64,000 nucleotides of DNA from Chthonomonadales bacterium (GTDB taxonomy: Bacteria > Armatimonadota > Chthonomonadetes > Chthonomonadales > CAJBBX01), in NCBI GenBank assembly GCA_049967475.1, contig JBMFSQ010000001.1, positions 22,600 to 86,599 on the forward strand, in the 5' to 3' direction. Shown here piece after piece: positions 38,869-48,856 of the stretch. The translations under genes and the position numbers were made by a program. Below the pieces are notes generated by a model that saw only the letters and a list, made by a program, of their open reading frames with translations, had not been told where the DNA came from and did not search any database. The stretch's first letter is position 1. Every line of letters begins with the position of its first letter.

Positions 38869-39522
38869 ATGAAACAGGTGACCCATCACAGCATCCTTCA
38901 CGAAGGCGCCCAGGAGGTAGGCGCCAAGCTTCGCGCCGACATCTCGCGCTGGACACGCGTCCGGCGAATGGTGAGCATTAAGCCTACAGTTTCTTGCCTG
39001 GCATGTGACGGCAACGGCAAGGTGGTGTGCGCGGTTTGCGGGGGCACCGGCAAGAGCAAGGTCATTCTGAATGAGGTTCAGGAAGACTGCCCGCATTGTA
39101 ACGGTACCGGGCAAATCACGTGCGTAGAATGTGCAGGAGTCGGCCAGGTGCCCAATGTATACCGCAAGCCGATCCTGTGGACGCTGGGTCTTGGCGCCCT
39201 CGGCTGGCTCATCGTACTCTGGGTACTGCTGGGCAGAGATGTGATGCCGGAAGAGAGGGCGCACCTGGCCGGGGGTGGCGGCGGAGGTGTGATTACCGGT
39301 CGAGCGCCAAGTTCATCCGGGTTGCCGGTAGTTCCCAGGTTTACGGCGCCGGTTCAGGGCGCCACGCCGAGATCTCCCGCGCCTGTGCTTCCGGGAGCCA
39401 TTGCGAGGCCCGGTAGTCGGCCTGCGGGATCCACGGTGTTCCCCGGAGGAGGTGGCGGAGGCATGGTGTCGCCGGGAGGCACCGGAGCGCCGCCCGTTCA
39501 GCCTCCCATTCAGCCGCGTTGA
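38869..39522 (+). CDS. DnaJ-type zinc-finger membrane protein without a J domain
   Basis: Four CxxCxGxG repeats, then a TM helix and a Pro/Gly-rich tail. Confidence 0.75.
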   Translation: MKQVTHHSILHEGAQEVGAKLRADISRWTRVRRMVSIKPTVSCLACDGNGKVVCAVCGGTGKSKVILNEVQEDCPHCNGTGQITCVECAGVGQVPNVYRKPILWTLGLGALGWLIVLWVLLGRDVMPEERAHLAGGGGGGVITGRAPSSSGLPVVPRFTAPVQGATPRSPAPVLPGAIARPGSRPAGSTVFPGGGGGGMVSPGGTGAPPVQPPIQPR

Positions 39523-39783
39523 GGCCGGCACATCTCGGCGGGGAGGCGGACTGGAGCCCAACCTCGCCCATACCCAAGGGAGGTTCGACGTTCCGTCGCA
39601 CCACGGGAATGCAGGCCGCAGATCAAGAATGGGCCTGCAGGTTGCTGCGGAGCCGCGGGCAGAAGGTCCGAGCGCTCTAGGGACTGGCCCCTCTGGGAAG
39701 CCGGCGCGGTTGGGCAGGCACCCCTAAGCGTAATCTGATGGGGGCGATCCAAATAAGGGTCCTAGGATCACCCCCAAACAGCG

Positions 39784-40650
39784 CTATTGCTTGGCTCGTT
39801 GCTGGTTCTGAGCTTTGCGTACAGCCGCCAGGATCTGCCGGGCCTGATCGTGAAGATCTTTCGGGCCGTCCTTTACCGCAATGGTTGCCTCGAGCTCGGG
39901 TACTGCTGCAGAGAGGTTCCGCTCGCTCAGGTAGCAGACGGCGATGCTGATGTGGGCGTAGGCTGCATCGTAGGGTTTCTTGGCGTGGGCCGCAGCCTGC
40001 TTGAAGAGGGCGATGGCGCGCGGAAACTGCTGCCGATCCTGATAGAGATCGCCTACTTTGTTGAAGGCGGGTGCCAACAGCCCCGTGGTGTTGTCGGGAT
40101 CGGCCTTTTCCAGGGCTGCCAGGGTTGCTTCCGCATGTGCCGGGTCATCCTTGCTTGCATAGATTGAGGTAAGCTTGGCAGCCACGGCGGCATCCCGGGG
40201 GTTCTGTTTGAACTTGGCGGCGAGCACCGGCAATTCACGATGCGCTTCATCAATCTCGGTCAATTTCTCCGCGAATTGCTGGGGTGGAAGGTACCCGCCG
40301 ATCTTCGCTGCCACAGAGCCGTTCCCCTCGAGGAACATGATGGTGGGGTAACCCTGCACGCCGTACTTGCGCGCGACGGCCACTCCCTCCTTCTCGGCGT
40401 TCACCTTAACGGGCACAAATCGGGTTGAGAGGCGGACCACATTCGCGTCGGTGTAGGTGTCGGCGTCCAGCTTTTTGCACCAGCCGCACCAATCTGTGTA
40501 AAAATCCACCATCACGAGTTTGTTGGTGCTGCGCGCAGTGCGCATGGCCGCCTCAAACGACGGGGCCCATTTGATCCCGTCGGCCCAAGAGGCGTGGGCT
40601 GAAGCAGCCAGGATCACCGCCAGCATCATCGGCTGAACGGTTCTTTTCAT
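39784..40650 (-). CDS. Secreted thioredoxin-family protein with TPR repeats
   Basis: Signal peptide, WCGWC, cis-Pro loop GYPT, TPR-like helices; AAGGAG RBS. Confidence 0.88.
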   Translation of the reverse strand: MKRTVQPMMLAVILAASAHASWADGIKWAPSFEAAMRTARSTNKLVMVDFYTDWCGWCKKLDADTYTDANVVRLSTRFVPVKVNAEKEGVAVARKYGVQGYPTIMFLEGNGSVAAKIGGYLPPQQFAEKLTEIDEAHRELPVLAAKFKQNPRDAAVAAKLTSIYASKDDPAHAEATLAALEKADPDNTTGLLAPAFNKVGDLYQDRQQFPRAIALFKQAAAHAKKPYDAAYAHISIAVCYLSERNLSAAVPELEATIAVKDGPKDLHDQARQILAAVRKAQNQQRAKQ

Positions 40651-40681
40651 CAAGTTGGCTCCTTTATCACAAGTTGGGTTT

Positions 40682-40710
40682 ATTCTAACCTCAGTGCGGC
40701 ACGTTGTCAA
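40682..40710 (-). promoter_or_regulatory. sigma70 promoter
   Basis: Minus strand TTGACA-N17-TAGAAT. Confidence 0.7.
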
Positions 40711-40726
40711 TGCATCCCGAGGGATA

Positions 40727-41650
40727 TTACGGTGTTCCTGATGCGGTTCCGGCTGGTGCGCCTATGGCCGTCGAAGTGCTGACGCGCCACTGTTTGCCGT
40801 TCGATATAGCGCGGATGGCTCCCTGATAATCGGTTCGGTATACGGCGATGCGGCGCGCTTGCAGGCGCGTGAGCACTTCCGGGTGCGGATGCCCAAAGCT
40901 GTTGTGGAGCCCGGCCGACACGATTGCGATGCGGGGACGCACTGCGTCAAGGAAGGCGTCTGAACTCGAGGATTTGCTTCCATGATGCCCGAGCTTGAGA
41001 ACCTCTGCGCGCAATGGAACGCCGGAAGCGAGCATGTCGCGCTCGGCCGGCAGGTCCGCATCGCCGGTAAGCAAACACGCGGTCGCTCCGTATTGAACGC
41101 GCATCACGATGCTGAGGCTGTTGTCGCGAAGCTCGCCGTGCTTGGAAGGATCCGCCGGCGGGTTCAAAACTTGGGCTGTTACCCCGTCATGAAATCGGAT
41201 TATGTTGCCTCGTACTACCTGTAGGATAGGGATGCCGCGGCGCCGGGCGGTTCTGATTGCGCGAAGATAATGCCATGCAGCGCTGCGGATCGGCGACACG
41301 ATGAGGCGGTCCACCGGGATGCGATCCAGGATGGACACCGCGCCGCCTACGTGGTCATCGTCTGGGTGTGTGAGGAGCAGAGCATTCACGCGGCGGATGC
41401 CTTGCGAGCGCAGATAGGGAAGCACCACACGACGCCCTTCATCATCGGATCCTAGGGTTCTGCCGGCATCCACGATGAGCACGTGGCCCGCAGGAGTGCG
41501 CAGCACGATGGCGTCACCCTGGCCTACATCCAGCACGGTGACGCTGAAGACGCCGGTTTGGCGTGGGAGGGGTGTGAGCCATACAGCGGCGACGGCTGCG
41601 GCAATCGTTAGGAGGATCGCATTGGGAGCGTTGCGCCTCAGCATAGTCAT
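40727..41650 (-). CDS. ComEC/Rec2 metallo-beta-lactamase (nuclease) domain encoded as a separate gene
   Basis: LDVGQGD, THPDDDH, LTGD, GHHGS, FGHPH; own N-terminal hydrophobic anchor. Confidence 0.88.
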   Translation of the reverse strand: MTMLRRNAPNAILLTIAAAVAAVWLTPLPRQTGVFSVTVLDVGQGDAIVLRTPAGHVLIVDAGRTLGSDDEGRRVVLPYLRSQGIRRVNALLLTHPDDDHVGGAVSILDRIPVDRLIVSPIRSAAWHYLRAIRTARRRGIPILQVVRGNIIRFHDGVTAQVLNPPADPSKHGELRDNSLSIVMRVQYGATACLLTGDADLPAERDMLASGVPLRAEVLKLGHHGSKSSSSDAFLDAVRPRIAIVSAGLHNSFGHPHPEVLTRLQARRIAVYRTDYQGAIRAISNGKQWRVSTSTAIGAPAGTASGTP

Positions 41651-43272
41651 GGCACGGTTCCGGCTGCTGCACGCGGCATGCGAAAGAGGGCAGTCCCGAT
41701 GAAGAGAACGGCGTAATAGATGCTGATGAGCAGCCACCCCGGCGAGGGGATGGGCACGGAAGCTGCCGGAACATGGGCGAACGCATGGGCTCCACCCACC
41801 AAATAGGCGAGCACCGGGCTGAGGAGAAGATGGCCCACCAATTGCGCAGCCGGAAGCCAGATAAGGGCAAGGAGCCATACGGTGAAGCCGGCGGCGAACA
41901 CCACCACCAACACCGGCACGATGGCAGCATTGGCCGGAATGCCAACCAGAGACACCGAATTGAAATACTGAGCTGTCAGCGGCATGGAACCCAATTGGGC
42001 GCCTGTAGACACGGCGACGACGTCGGCTACGGTCGTTCCTGCGGACACCAAGAAGCGTCCACCGCCGCCGGGTACCTGGGACAGGGCGCCGGTCATTCGC
42101 TGAATGGCTGCTTCGAAGACGGGCATGAGCGCAACGATGCTGGCAACCGTGGCGAAGGAGAGTTGAAATCCCACATCAAAGAGGTAATTCGGTTCCAGCA
42201 GCATCAGAAAGAGAGCTGATGCAGCGAGGGCGGCGGGAACGTCGGCTTCGCGGTCTACTACGGCGCTGAAGAGGAAGACGCAGGCCATCACCGTAGCTCG
42301 AAGCACAGAAGGGCGCGCCCCGGCCATGATTGCGTAGGTGATGAGGGCCGCGATGGCTACAGCCGCAGCCAGGCGCATGGGTACATGGATGAAGCGAAGC
42401 AGTGCGAGAACGAGCACGGCGACGATGCCTACGTGGAGCCCCGCAGTCGCCAACACGTGCACCGTGCCCGTGGCAACGAAATCATCGTCAAGCTGGGGCG
42501 GGAGTTCTGTTCGCGCACCGAGCAAAATGCCGGCTGCCAGCCCGGCTTCCGTCTTTGGCAACACACGCCCCATTGCTTCCAGAAGGGACATCCTGCATCG
42601 TGAGGCGAAGTTGGGCAGCCAATCACGCCACCCCACCGTAAACGGAAGCCTCTTCCAGCCACTGGGACGCCGCACGTTCACGACGGCGTACACTCCACGG
42701 TGGGCCAGGTGCGCGGCGTAGTCAAAGCCTCCAGGGTTTCGAAGGCCTGGAGGCTTCGCCAGGATGCCCCGAACCTCCAGTGTGTCACCGAAGGCTGGGG
42801 GCGGCTTCCCTTCGTCCTTGGCGAGGCGAAGAGCCACTCTGCCCGAGCACTTCACAACGGACCCGGCCGGCAAGGTGGCCGACTGAACCGCCAGGAAGCA
42901 CCCATACGTTGTTGCACGAAGATCCACCTCGCCGGCGACTATGCCCCGGATGGTTACAGGTCCTTCGGGGAGGATGTTCGAGATGTCCGTTGGAAGGGGC
43001 CCGGCAGTTGCCAGCAGGCGGCAGGCACCTATTGCCGCGAAGCCGCATAGAAGGCTGGTGATGATCCACAGCCGCCACCGCAACGCCGGCAAGGCAGCAG
43101 CCGCAGCGGCACCCATCAATACCACGGCGGAGGTCCATCCCCACCATGAAGCCGCCTGAATGCCCAACGCAAAGGCGAAGGCAACCAGAACGAGGGGACG
43201 GCCGGCGATGCTGCCGGCCAGCGCAGCAAGATCGTGTCGGTGTGTACTACCTGGGATGGCGGGCATCTGCAT
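41647..43272 (-). CDS. comEC: ComEC DNA-uptake channel (OB plus Competence domains)
   Basis: NPGGFDY, G.VHVLA.AGLHVG, RPSVLRA.VM, GFQLSF. Confidence 0.9.
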   Translation of the reverse strand: MQMPAIPGSTHRHDLAALAGSIAGRPLVLVAFAFALGIQAASWWGWTSAVVLMGAAAAAALPALRWRLWIITSLLCGFAAIGACRLLATAGPLPTDISNILPEGPVTIRGIVAGEVDLRATTYGCFLAVQSATLPAGSVVKCSGRVALRLAKDEGKPPPAFGDTLEVRGILAKPPGLRNPGGFDYAAHLAHRGVYAVVNVRRPSGWKRLPFTVGWRDWLPNFASRCRMSLLEAMGRVLPKTEAGLAAGILLGARTELPPQLDDDFVATGTVHVLATAGLHVGIVAVLVLALLRFIHVPMRLAAAVAIAALITYAIMAGARPSVLRATVMACVFLFSAVVDREADVPAALAASALFLMLLEPNYLFDVGFQLSFATVASIVALMPVFEAAIQRMTGALSQVPGGGGRFLVSAGTTVADVVAVSTGAQLGSMPLTAQYFNSVSLVGIPANAAIVPVLVVVFAAGFTVWLLALIWLPAAQLVGHLLLSPVLAYLVGGAHAFAHVPAASVPIPSPGWLLISIYYAVLFIGTALFRMPRAAAGTVP

Positions 43273-43284
43273 GGCATGCGGCTT

Positions 43285-45300
43285 CTAGATGTAGATCTTG
43301 TAGGTTTGCATCCCGTTAAGGGGCCCGTAAATCGCCCAGAAGCTCCCCATCACATAATCCCCAAGGATAAGGCCCAAGAAGAACGGCACCGCTGCGTTGT
43401 GGGCGCGCATCCCGCCGAAGCGCACGATGAACCACTTGATCAACCAGCTTATGAAGAAGGCGAACCAAAAGTAATCCATGGCGTAGGACACAGCGAGAGC
43501 GTATCCTGCCGGGTGGAAGGGCCACCACAGAAAAGCGCCGCGCAAGAGCCTTAGGCACAGGACCATAAGCGCGCCGCCGATGACATACCCCACCTGCGTG
43601 CGGTCGGGTTTGGTAGGTGTCTGCAGCCAGCTATTGAGGCGGTCGTAGCTTTCACTGCCTACCCATTGCTTGAAGCCGACAGCCTTGGCGGTTGCCCCTT
43701 CTGCATAGGTAACTTGCAGATTAGCCCAATACGCCGCGAGGATCCCAAAAACCGTGGCACCGATGAGCAGCCACACGAGGCGCTGCGTCTGCATCCGCCC
43801 ACCCTCCGCCATCTTGAACGCCTCCAACTGGTTGGGCATGGGATGGTTGCGGTAGCCTCGATTGAACCAGTACAGGACGCTGAGCGCCGTAAGGCTTTGG
43901 GCTCCTACGGTGGACACTCCGAAGAGGGTTACAAGAACGGTGCGGGGGTTCACGAAGTAGATCTCGTGGGGGGCTCCGAATTCCGCTCTCACCCGAGTAA
44001 TGGCGATTGCCAGCAGGAAGTAGATGCCGAAGAAAAGGATCGCCACCCACGCCGCAAGCCCAATGCGGTGGGAAAACCAGGCAAGAAACACCACGCCGGC
44101 GGCTATGCCCGCAAATGCCGCTCGGTAGCGCCGCTGCTCGCGCCTTGCCTCGGCATCCGCCTGGCCTGCGGAAGGCCCAGAGGCTATCTTCCAAGCCTGG
44201 GCGAAGCGCGCCCGGAGCGACCAGAGCACGACCACGGCTAGCGCGATCCACGCGCCCGACGATTGCTGCTCGAAATAGGGAAAGCCGACGTTGGAAGGCG
44301 CATCCCAGCCGAACACGGCGCCGACTACCTGGAAGAGCTTCCTGGCCACCCAGAAGAACCAGCACGAGAAGGAGAGGTCAAGGGGCAGGAAGTAGGCCAG
44401 TCCGATGGCAAAGGGATACATGGAGATGTTGGTAGTGCCCATTGCGCTCCACGGACGCTGCGTAAAGAAGCGGCCGATATCGTAGAGCTTGACCTGTTCG
44501 AGGTATGGCCAGGATGGGTACAAGTAGTGCATCCCGTTGATGACGTCTATGGCGGCGGCGATGGAAAACCCGGTCCACATGAGGCGGCTCGTCCAGAAGG
44601 GTTGGCCATGGGAAGTGATTTGCTGGGTCATGGCCACCGGGAGCTGCACGATGGGAAAAGCGAGCTTCTCGTCCTCGGTCCATGCGCTCCGGATGAGGAT
44701 ATTCAGACACAGGCACACTCCGATGAGCGCGCTGAGCAGCATAGCCCACCAGAACAGCGGGCCGAGGAAGGGTAGCAGGTACCTGGGCTTGTACCAGGCC
44801 ACTCCACCCTGGTAGAAGCCTTTGAGCGCTGCCGGATCACGCACCAGAAGAAAGTTCGCCGGATCGAGGTATTGAAAGAAGGTTGAGCGGTAACGGTTCT
44901 CCGGCGTGGCGAAGCGCGCTGCGTGCCCGATGGATCCGAAGAGGTTCTGGATGAGGTCATGGCCGGCCAGAGACGCTCCAACCACGAGCATTACGTAAAC
45001 CGCCAGGAGTTCACCCTGGTCGAGCGCCCAGGCGGGTCGGATGCGCCGAAGACCGATGCTTGCTACGGTCAGCCAGAAGAGGATGAAAACCGGCGTGATG
45101 AAGAGCGGCAGGCAGGTTCCGTCGAGCGTATACCAGCGAACCTCCACCACGGTGATCCACAGCGCATCCAAAGGCATGAGGATCAGTCCAATGAGGACAG
45201 CGCGGAACGTAATCCCTCGGAGGGGTGAGTGGGTCGCGGCGGCATCGGCGTGCGTGGGTTGCGAACTGGTTTGGGTTGTGGCGGTTGGCGCAGGATGCAT
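43285..45300 (-). CDS. Large polytopic membrane protein, DUF6785/DUF6784-like putative transporter
   Basis: Many TM helices; W...E.L.FP..QLP, R.RAE.G, WP.HP.GY, PFF.GL..G motifs; family assignment from memory. Confidence 0.6.
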   Translation of the reverse strand: MHPAPTATTQTSSQPTHADAAATHSPLRGITFRAVLIGLILMPLDALWITVVEVRWYTLDGTCLPLFITPVFILFWLTVASIGLRRIRPAWALDQGELLAVYVMLVVGASLAGHDLIQNLFGSIGHAARFATPENRYRSTFFQYLDPANFLLVRDPAALKGFYQGGVAWYKPRYLLPFLGPLFWWAMLLSALIGVCLCLNILIRSAWTEDEKLAFPIVQLPVAMTQQITSHGQPFWTSRLMWTGFSIAAAIDVINGMHYLYPSWPYLEQVKLYDIGRFFTQRPWSAMGTTNISMYPFAIGLAYFLPLDLSFSCWFFWVARKLFQVVGAVFGWDAPSNVGFPYFEQQSSGAWIALAVVVLWSLRARFAQAWKIASGPSAGQADAEARREQRRYRAAFAGIAAGVVFLAWFSHRIGLAAWVAILFFGIYFLLAIAITRVRAEFGAPHEIYFVNPRTVLVTLFGVSTVGAQSLTALSVLYWFNRGYRNHPMPNQLEAFKMAEGGRMQTQRLVWLLIGATVFGILAAYWANLQVTYAEGATAKAVGFKQWVGSESYDRLNSWLQTPTKPDRTQVGYVIGGALMVLCLRLLRGAFLWWPFHPAGYALAVSYAMDYFWFAFFISWLIKWFIVRFGGMRAHNAAVPFFLGLILGDYVMGSFWAIYGPLNGMQTYKIYI

Positions 45301-45461
45301 GGACAACCTTCCGAGCAAACATGGTTTGGGGCGGTCAGCGCCGCTCCTTGGTTCGATTGTTGCCCGCGAGGTTCCTGCGCGCGATCTGTTGGAGTTGACT
45401 TTGTGTCTGCCGGCCACGTACAATGACCGCGCTACGGTTGGAGACCACAGGGGGAAGAAAG

Positions 45462-45845
45462 ATGACGCGGAAAGCGGTATTCGTTGGATCGCCCGTTGCA
45501 GGTGCACCTTATACTCCTGGCATCATCGTCGGAGACTTGGTGTTCGTTTCGGGACAGATCCCTATAGATCCATCCACGGGCGCGATCGTTGCGGGAGAGT
45601 TCGAGGATCGCGTGCGCCGGTGCATCCTGAACGTAGGGGCGGTGCTGGAGCAAGCAGGCTCGGATCTGGAGCATGTGGTGAAGGTGGTTGTGTTCCTGAC
45701 GGACATGGAGAACTTTGCGCGCATGAACCGCGTGTACGCCGAATACTGGGGACCGGTCAAGCCGGCCAGAAGTTGTGTTCAGGTGGCGGGCCTGCCGCTG
45801 GGAGCGGATGTGGAAATGGAGGCTATCGCCATTCTCAAGCGGTAG
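45462..45845 (+). CDS. ridA: RidA/YjgF family enamine deaminase
   Basis: PY..G, VFVSGQIP.DP, PARSCVQV..LP, VEMEAIA. Confidence 0.9.
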   Translation: MTRKAVFVGSPVAGAPYTPGIIVGDLVFVSGQIPIDPSTGAIVAGEFEDRVRRCILNVGAVLEQAGSDLEHVVKVVVFLTDMENFARMNRVYAEYWGPVKPARSCVQVAGLPLGADVEMEAIAILKR

Positions 45846-45849
45846 GGCG

Positions 45850-47130
45850 CTACGGCGCTGCCGGGAGGGACACGCGGCCCAGCAACCGGTTGACGCCGTC
45901 CAGCACCGCGGCTGCAGCGGCTCGGTATGCATCAGCTCCCACAATGGCAGAGCCTGCGACAGAGATCGTGCGATCGGGGGACACGAAGCGGCCCGCTACG
46001 GTGACCACAGTTTCTCCATACGCCATGGAGGTCGTGACGACATCTTCCACGATGTAATCGTATCCTTCCGGCAGGATGCGGCGGAGGGCGGTAGCCGTGG
46101 TTTCGGTGACGATGCGCAGGACCCCAGGCTCGTCGGTTTCGGCTGAGGAGGAAGCCGGGTATCGCAGGACGTCGGAGGGAGTAGTTTGGCCCGCGCGCGC
46201 TACGGGCAAGTGGAGGTCTACGCGAACAATGGCGATGCGGCCATTCCAGCGCACATCCAGATCTGCAAGGCGAAGGCGCCGCTCGCGGGTGGCTGCCGAC
46301 GGCTGAGATGTGCCGGGCTTGTGGGCGGTGCAGTCGCGACTGGCGAGGTTGATCAGGCTGTTGAGAGTGGCGGCGTAATGTACGTGCTCGCGCTCTCGGG
46401 TTCGCTTTCCCCCAAATTGGCCCACGGTGACGCCGATCTGTTCCGCGCCCGCCCCTTCCACGCGGATCTGGGCTACGCGGGATTGGATGCGCCTCCCTAG
46501 CTCTGCAGCTTCTTGTGCGGGGCGCAGGGTAGCGATGACGAATTCATCTCCGCCATAGCGGCAAAGAAAATCCCGGGCGGCATCCACAACGGAGAGGAGG
46601 ACTTGCGCTACGGATTGCAGCACGGCGTCGCCCACAATATGGCCGTAGCGTTTGTTGAACGCGCCGAAGCCGTCCAGATCCAGGAAGAGTACCGTGATTT
46701 CCCGGCCCGACTTGAGTTGCGCGATGGCCCATTCCCTAAGGCTGTCCGCCCAGGGCAGTTCGGTGAGAGGATCGAATGATCGGGCGACTTCCGGGAGCAG
46801 GTCACTGGGAGCGACTACTCCCAACAAACGGCCGCCTTCCATCACGGGGAGCCGCCCCAGGCGAGAGGACGCCATCAGGTTTGCAGCTTCCCGAAGCGAG
46901 AGGTCGGGGGATGCCGCGGTGACGTCGCGGATCATAATATCGCCCACAAGCCGGTTGGGATCTGCGCCCAAGAGCTGGGCGTAGAGAACCATCCCCACGA
47001 GGTTGGATCCGTCTAAAACAGGCAGAGCCTCGATATCGTGGCCGCGAAGGAGGATGGTGGCCGTTTCCACGGTATGCCCAGGGTTCACCCAAACGGGTGG
47101 CCGCCGGATCACTTCACGAAGGGTTTTCAT
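45850..47130 (-). CDS. CBS-pair plus GGDEF diguanylate cyclase with an extra C-terminal domain
   Basis: Two CBS repeats; DPLT, LDLDGF..FN..YGH..GD, RYGGDEF. Confidence 0.87.
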   Translation of the reverse strand: MKTLREVIRRPPVWVNPGHTVETATILLRGHDIEALPVLDGSNLVGMVLYAQLLGADPNRLVGDIMIRDVTAASPDLSLREAANLMASSRLGRLPVMEGGRLLGVVAPSDLLPEVARSFDPLTELPWADSLREWAIAQLKSGREITVLFLDLDGFGAFNKRYGHIVGDAVLQSVAQVLLSVVDAARDFLCRYGGDEFVIATLRPAQEAAELGRRIQSRVAQIRVEGAGAEQIGVTVGQFGGKRTREREHVHYAATLNSLINLASRDCTAHKPGTSQPSAATRERRLRLADLDVRWNGRIAIVRVDLHLPVARAGQTTPSDVLRYPASSSAETDEPGVLRIVTETTATALRRILPEGYDYIVEDVVTTSMAYGETVVTVAGRFVSPDRTISVAGSAIVGADAYRAAAAAVLDGVNRLLGRVSLPAAP

Positions 47131-47321
47131 TGTGCGCATCGCGGCAAAGCGGCATGGCGTGGCACCAGGCAGCCGAAGCTGCAAAGCCACGTTCGCCTGT
47201 GCAGTACAAGGAATGGCGCATGCAGGGGTGCCGCCCATCCGCTGCCAGGCTGATTATAACACGGGCACCTTCGGCAGCGTCCTGTAAGAAGCACGTGAAT
47301 TCGATGTGCGCGGAGAGCTCT

Positions 47322-48683
47322 TCAGCGTGCCAAGGCGAGGGCTCCCATGGGGTGCCAAGGCGGCAGGTGGATAGGCGCTGTGTCCAAAACGGCAAGGATG
47401 TCGGGCGGAAGGTACTTGTGGTCCACCACAACTTCGTAATTGTACTGGTCGAACCATGTGTCCGTCATGACCATAAAGCCTTTGTTGCCGCTCTTTTCGC
47501 CCCAAGAGTTTTCGACGCGCCACTTGACGGGGCGGCCGCCATCGTCCAGGTCTACGCCGGTGAAAACCATGGCGTGAGTCATCTGGCTCTGGCCGTAGTC
47601 CAAGCGCTCGGCTTTGTTCATGCCGAAGCCGAACCCGTAGATCCCTTCGTAATCGAAGAGTTCGGGATCCATCAATCCCAAATCGCGGTCGAACTCTTTG
47701 CCCACATCGCATCCGAACCACACGGGGCGCTCTTCCTTGATCTGTTCGACGGCAGCTTGCTTCATCACCTGGCATTCTACGTTGAGGTACCGCACAATTT
47801 GGCCGCCGACCACGTTGCCCAGAAAGTCTATGGTATAGAGGCGATTGAAGGGCGTTTGTTCGGTGGGACAATGGATCAGGCAGACCATGGCGTCAAGGTC
47901 TACCGGAACGTGGTTCCGAAGGAACTCGTGGGGAGTTATGACGCCGTCGCGGTGGAACGCCTTGTCTTTATCCCGCCATTGCCAAAGGAATTCGGTGGGC
48001 GGTACTCCGAGGTGGATCGCGACGATGCGATAGACGTCCTGCATCATCCGGAATTTGCGCGCACGCAGCGTGTCGGCTGAGGCGCCTGATGCGTGGGCAC
48101 GGCGCAATTCGCATGCGAACTCGCGCAGTTTCCAGTTGAGGCGGTCGTTGAGTGTGCCGCTGCTGGAACTGCTCTCGGTTTCGGGCATGACTTCTTTGGG
48201 GACGACGCCGTACTTGCGCACAAGGTTCACGAACATGTCCCATTGGCCGCCGTCCTGGACAGGGGTTGCCATGAGCCATGAAACGAGGCGGCCGTCGGTG
48301 GGCTCATCCAAAGTGGCAAGCACCGATTCCAGGAAGTAATTGCTCCGTTCGACCTTGTCCCAGAAGAAGGTGTAGTTTTGGGAGAGTTCAAAGTCCTCAA
48401 GGTTCATGTTTTTGGCGGCGGCCATCCGGAAGGTGTTGAGGCCGGCGAACATCCAGCACCGCCCGCTGCTGTTCTGCGCTGTAGCCGATCCTGCCGGAAC
48501 CATGTGCGAGAAGGTGTGGTTGAGGCGCACCACGGCCTGGCGATTGAGGGCCACACTCTTGAGGGGCGATTTGGTCACCGCGTTGAGGGCAACGCGGTTT
48601 CGGGGTTCCGCCTCGAAGGCGGCACGCAGGTTGTTGAGGTCCTCGGCGGTGAGGGCTCCTACTGGATTGGAGTGCTTCGTCAC
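47322..48683 (-). CDS. pepC: Aminopeptidase C / bleomycin hydrolase (C1B)
   Basis: QNSSGRCWMFA, DGGQW, THAM, ENSWG; AGGAG RBS before GTG 48683. Confidence 0.95.
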   Translation of the reverse strand: MTKHSNPVGALTAEDLNNLRAAFEAEPRNRVALNAVTKSPLKSVALNRQAVVRLNHTFSHMVPAGSATAQNSSGRCWMFAGLNTFRMAAAKNMNLEDFELSQNYTFFWDKVERSNYFLESVLATLDEPTDGRLVSWLMATPVQDGGQWDMFVNLVRKYGVVPKEVMPETESSSSSGTLNDRLNWKLREFACELRRAHASGASADTLRARKFRMMQDVYRIVAIHLGVPPTEFLWQWRDKDKAFHRDGVITPHEFLRNHVPVDLDAMVCLIHCPTEQTPFNRLYTIDFLGNVVGGQIVRYLNVECQVMKQAAVEQIKEERPVWFGCDVGKEFDRDLGLMDPELFDYEGIYGFGFGMNKAERLDYGQSQMTHAMVFTGVDLDDGGRPVKWRVENSWGEKSGNKGFMVMTDTWFDQYNYEVVVDHKYLPPDILAVLDTAPIHLPPWHPMGALALAR

Positions 48684-48856
48684 GGATGAATCTCCTGAAG
48701 TATTGGGTGTTGGGCCGCCCGCCTCTCTATGCCCGGCAATGGGGCCGTCCATCGTTCCACTATGGCGGGCGGATTGGAGCAAGGTCTTTGTCATTATATC
48801 CCGCAGAATGAGGCGCCTCGCTTTTAGTTATCGGGCTGAGCCGAGGGCGGAGCGCC

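Noticed and set aside
39575..39605. tRNA-like GGTTCGA...CCA
   Set aside because: The T-stem does not pair properly and no acceptor, D or anticodon arms can be built.
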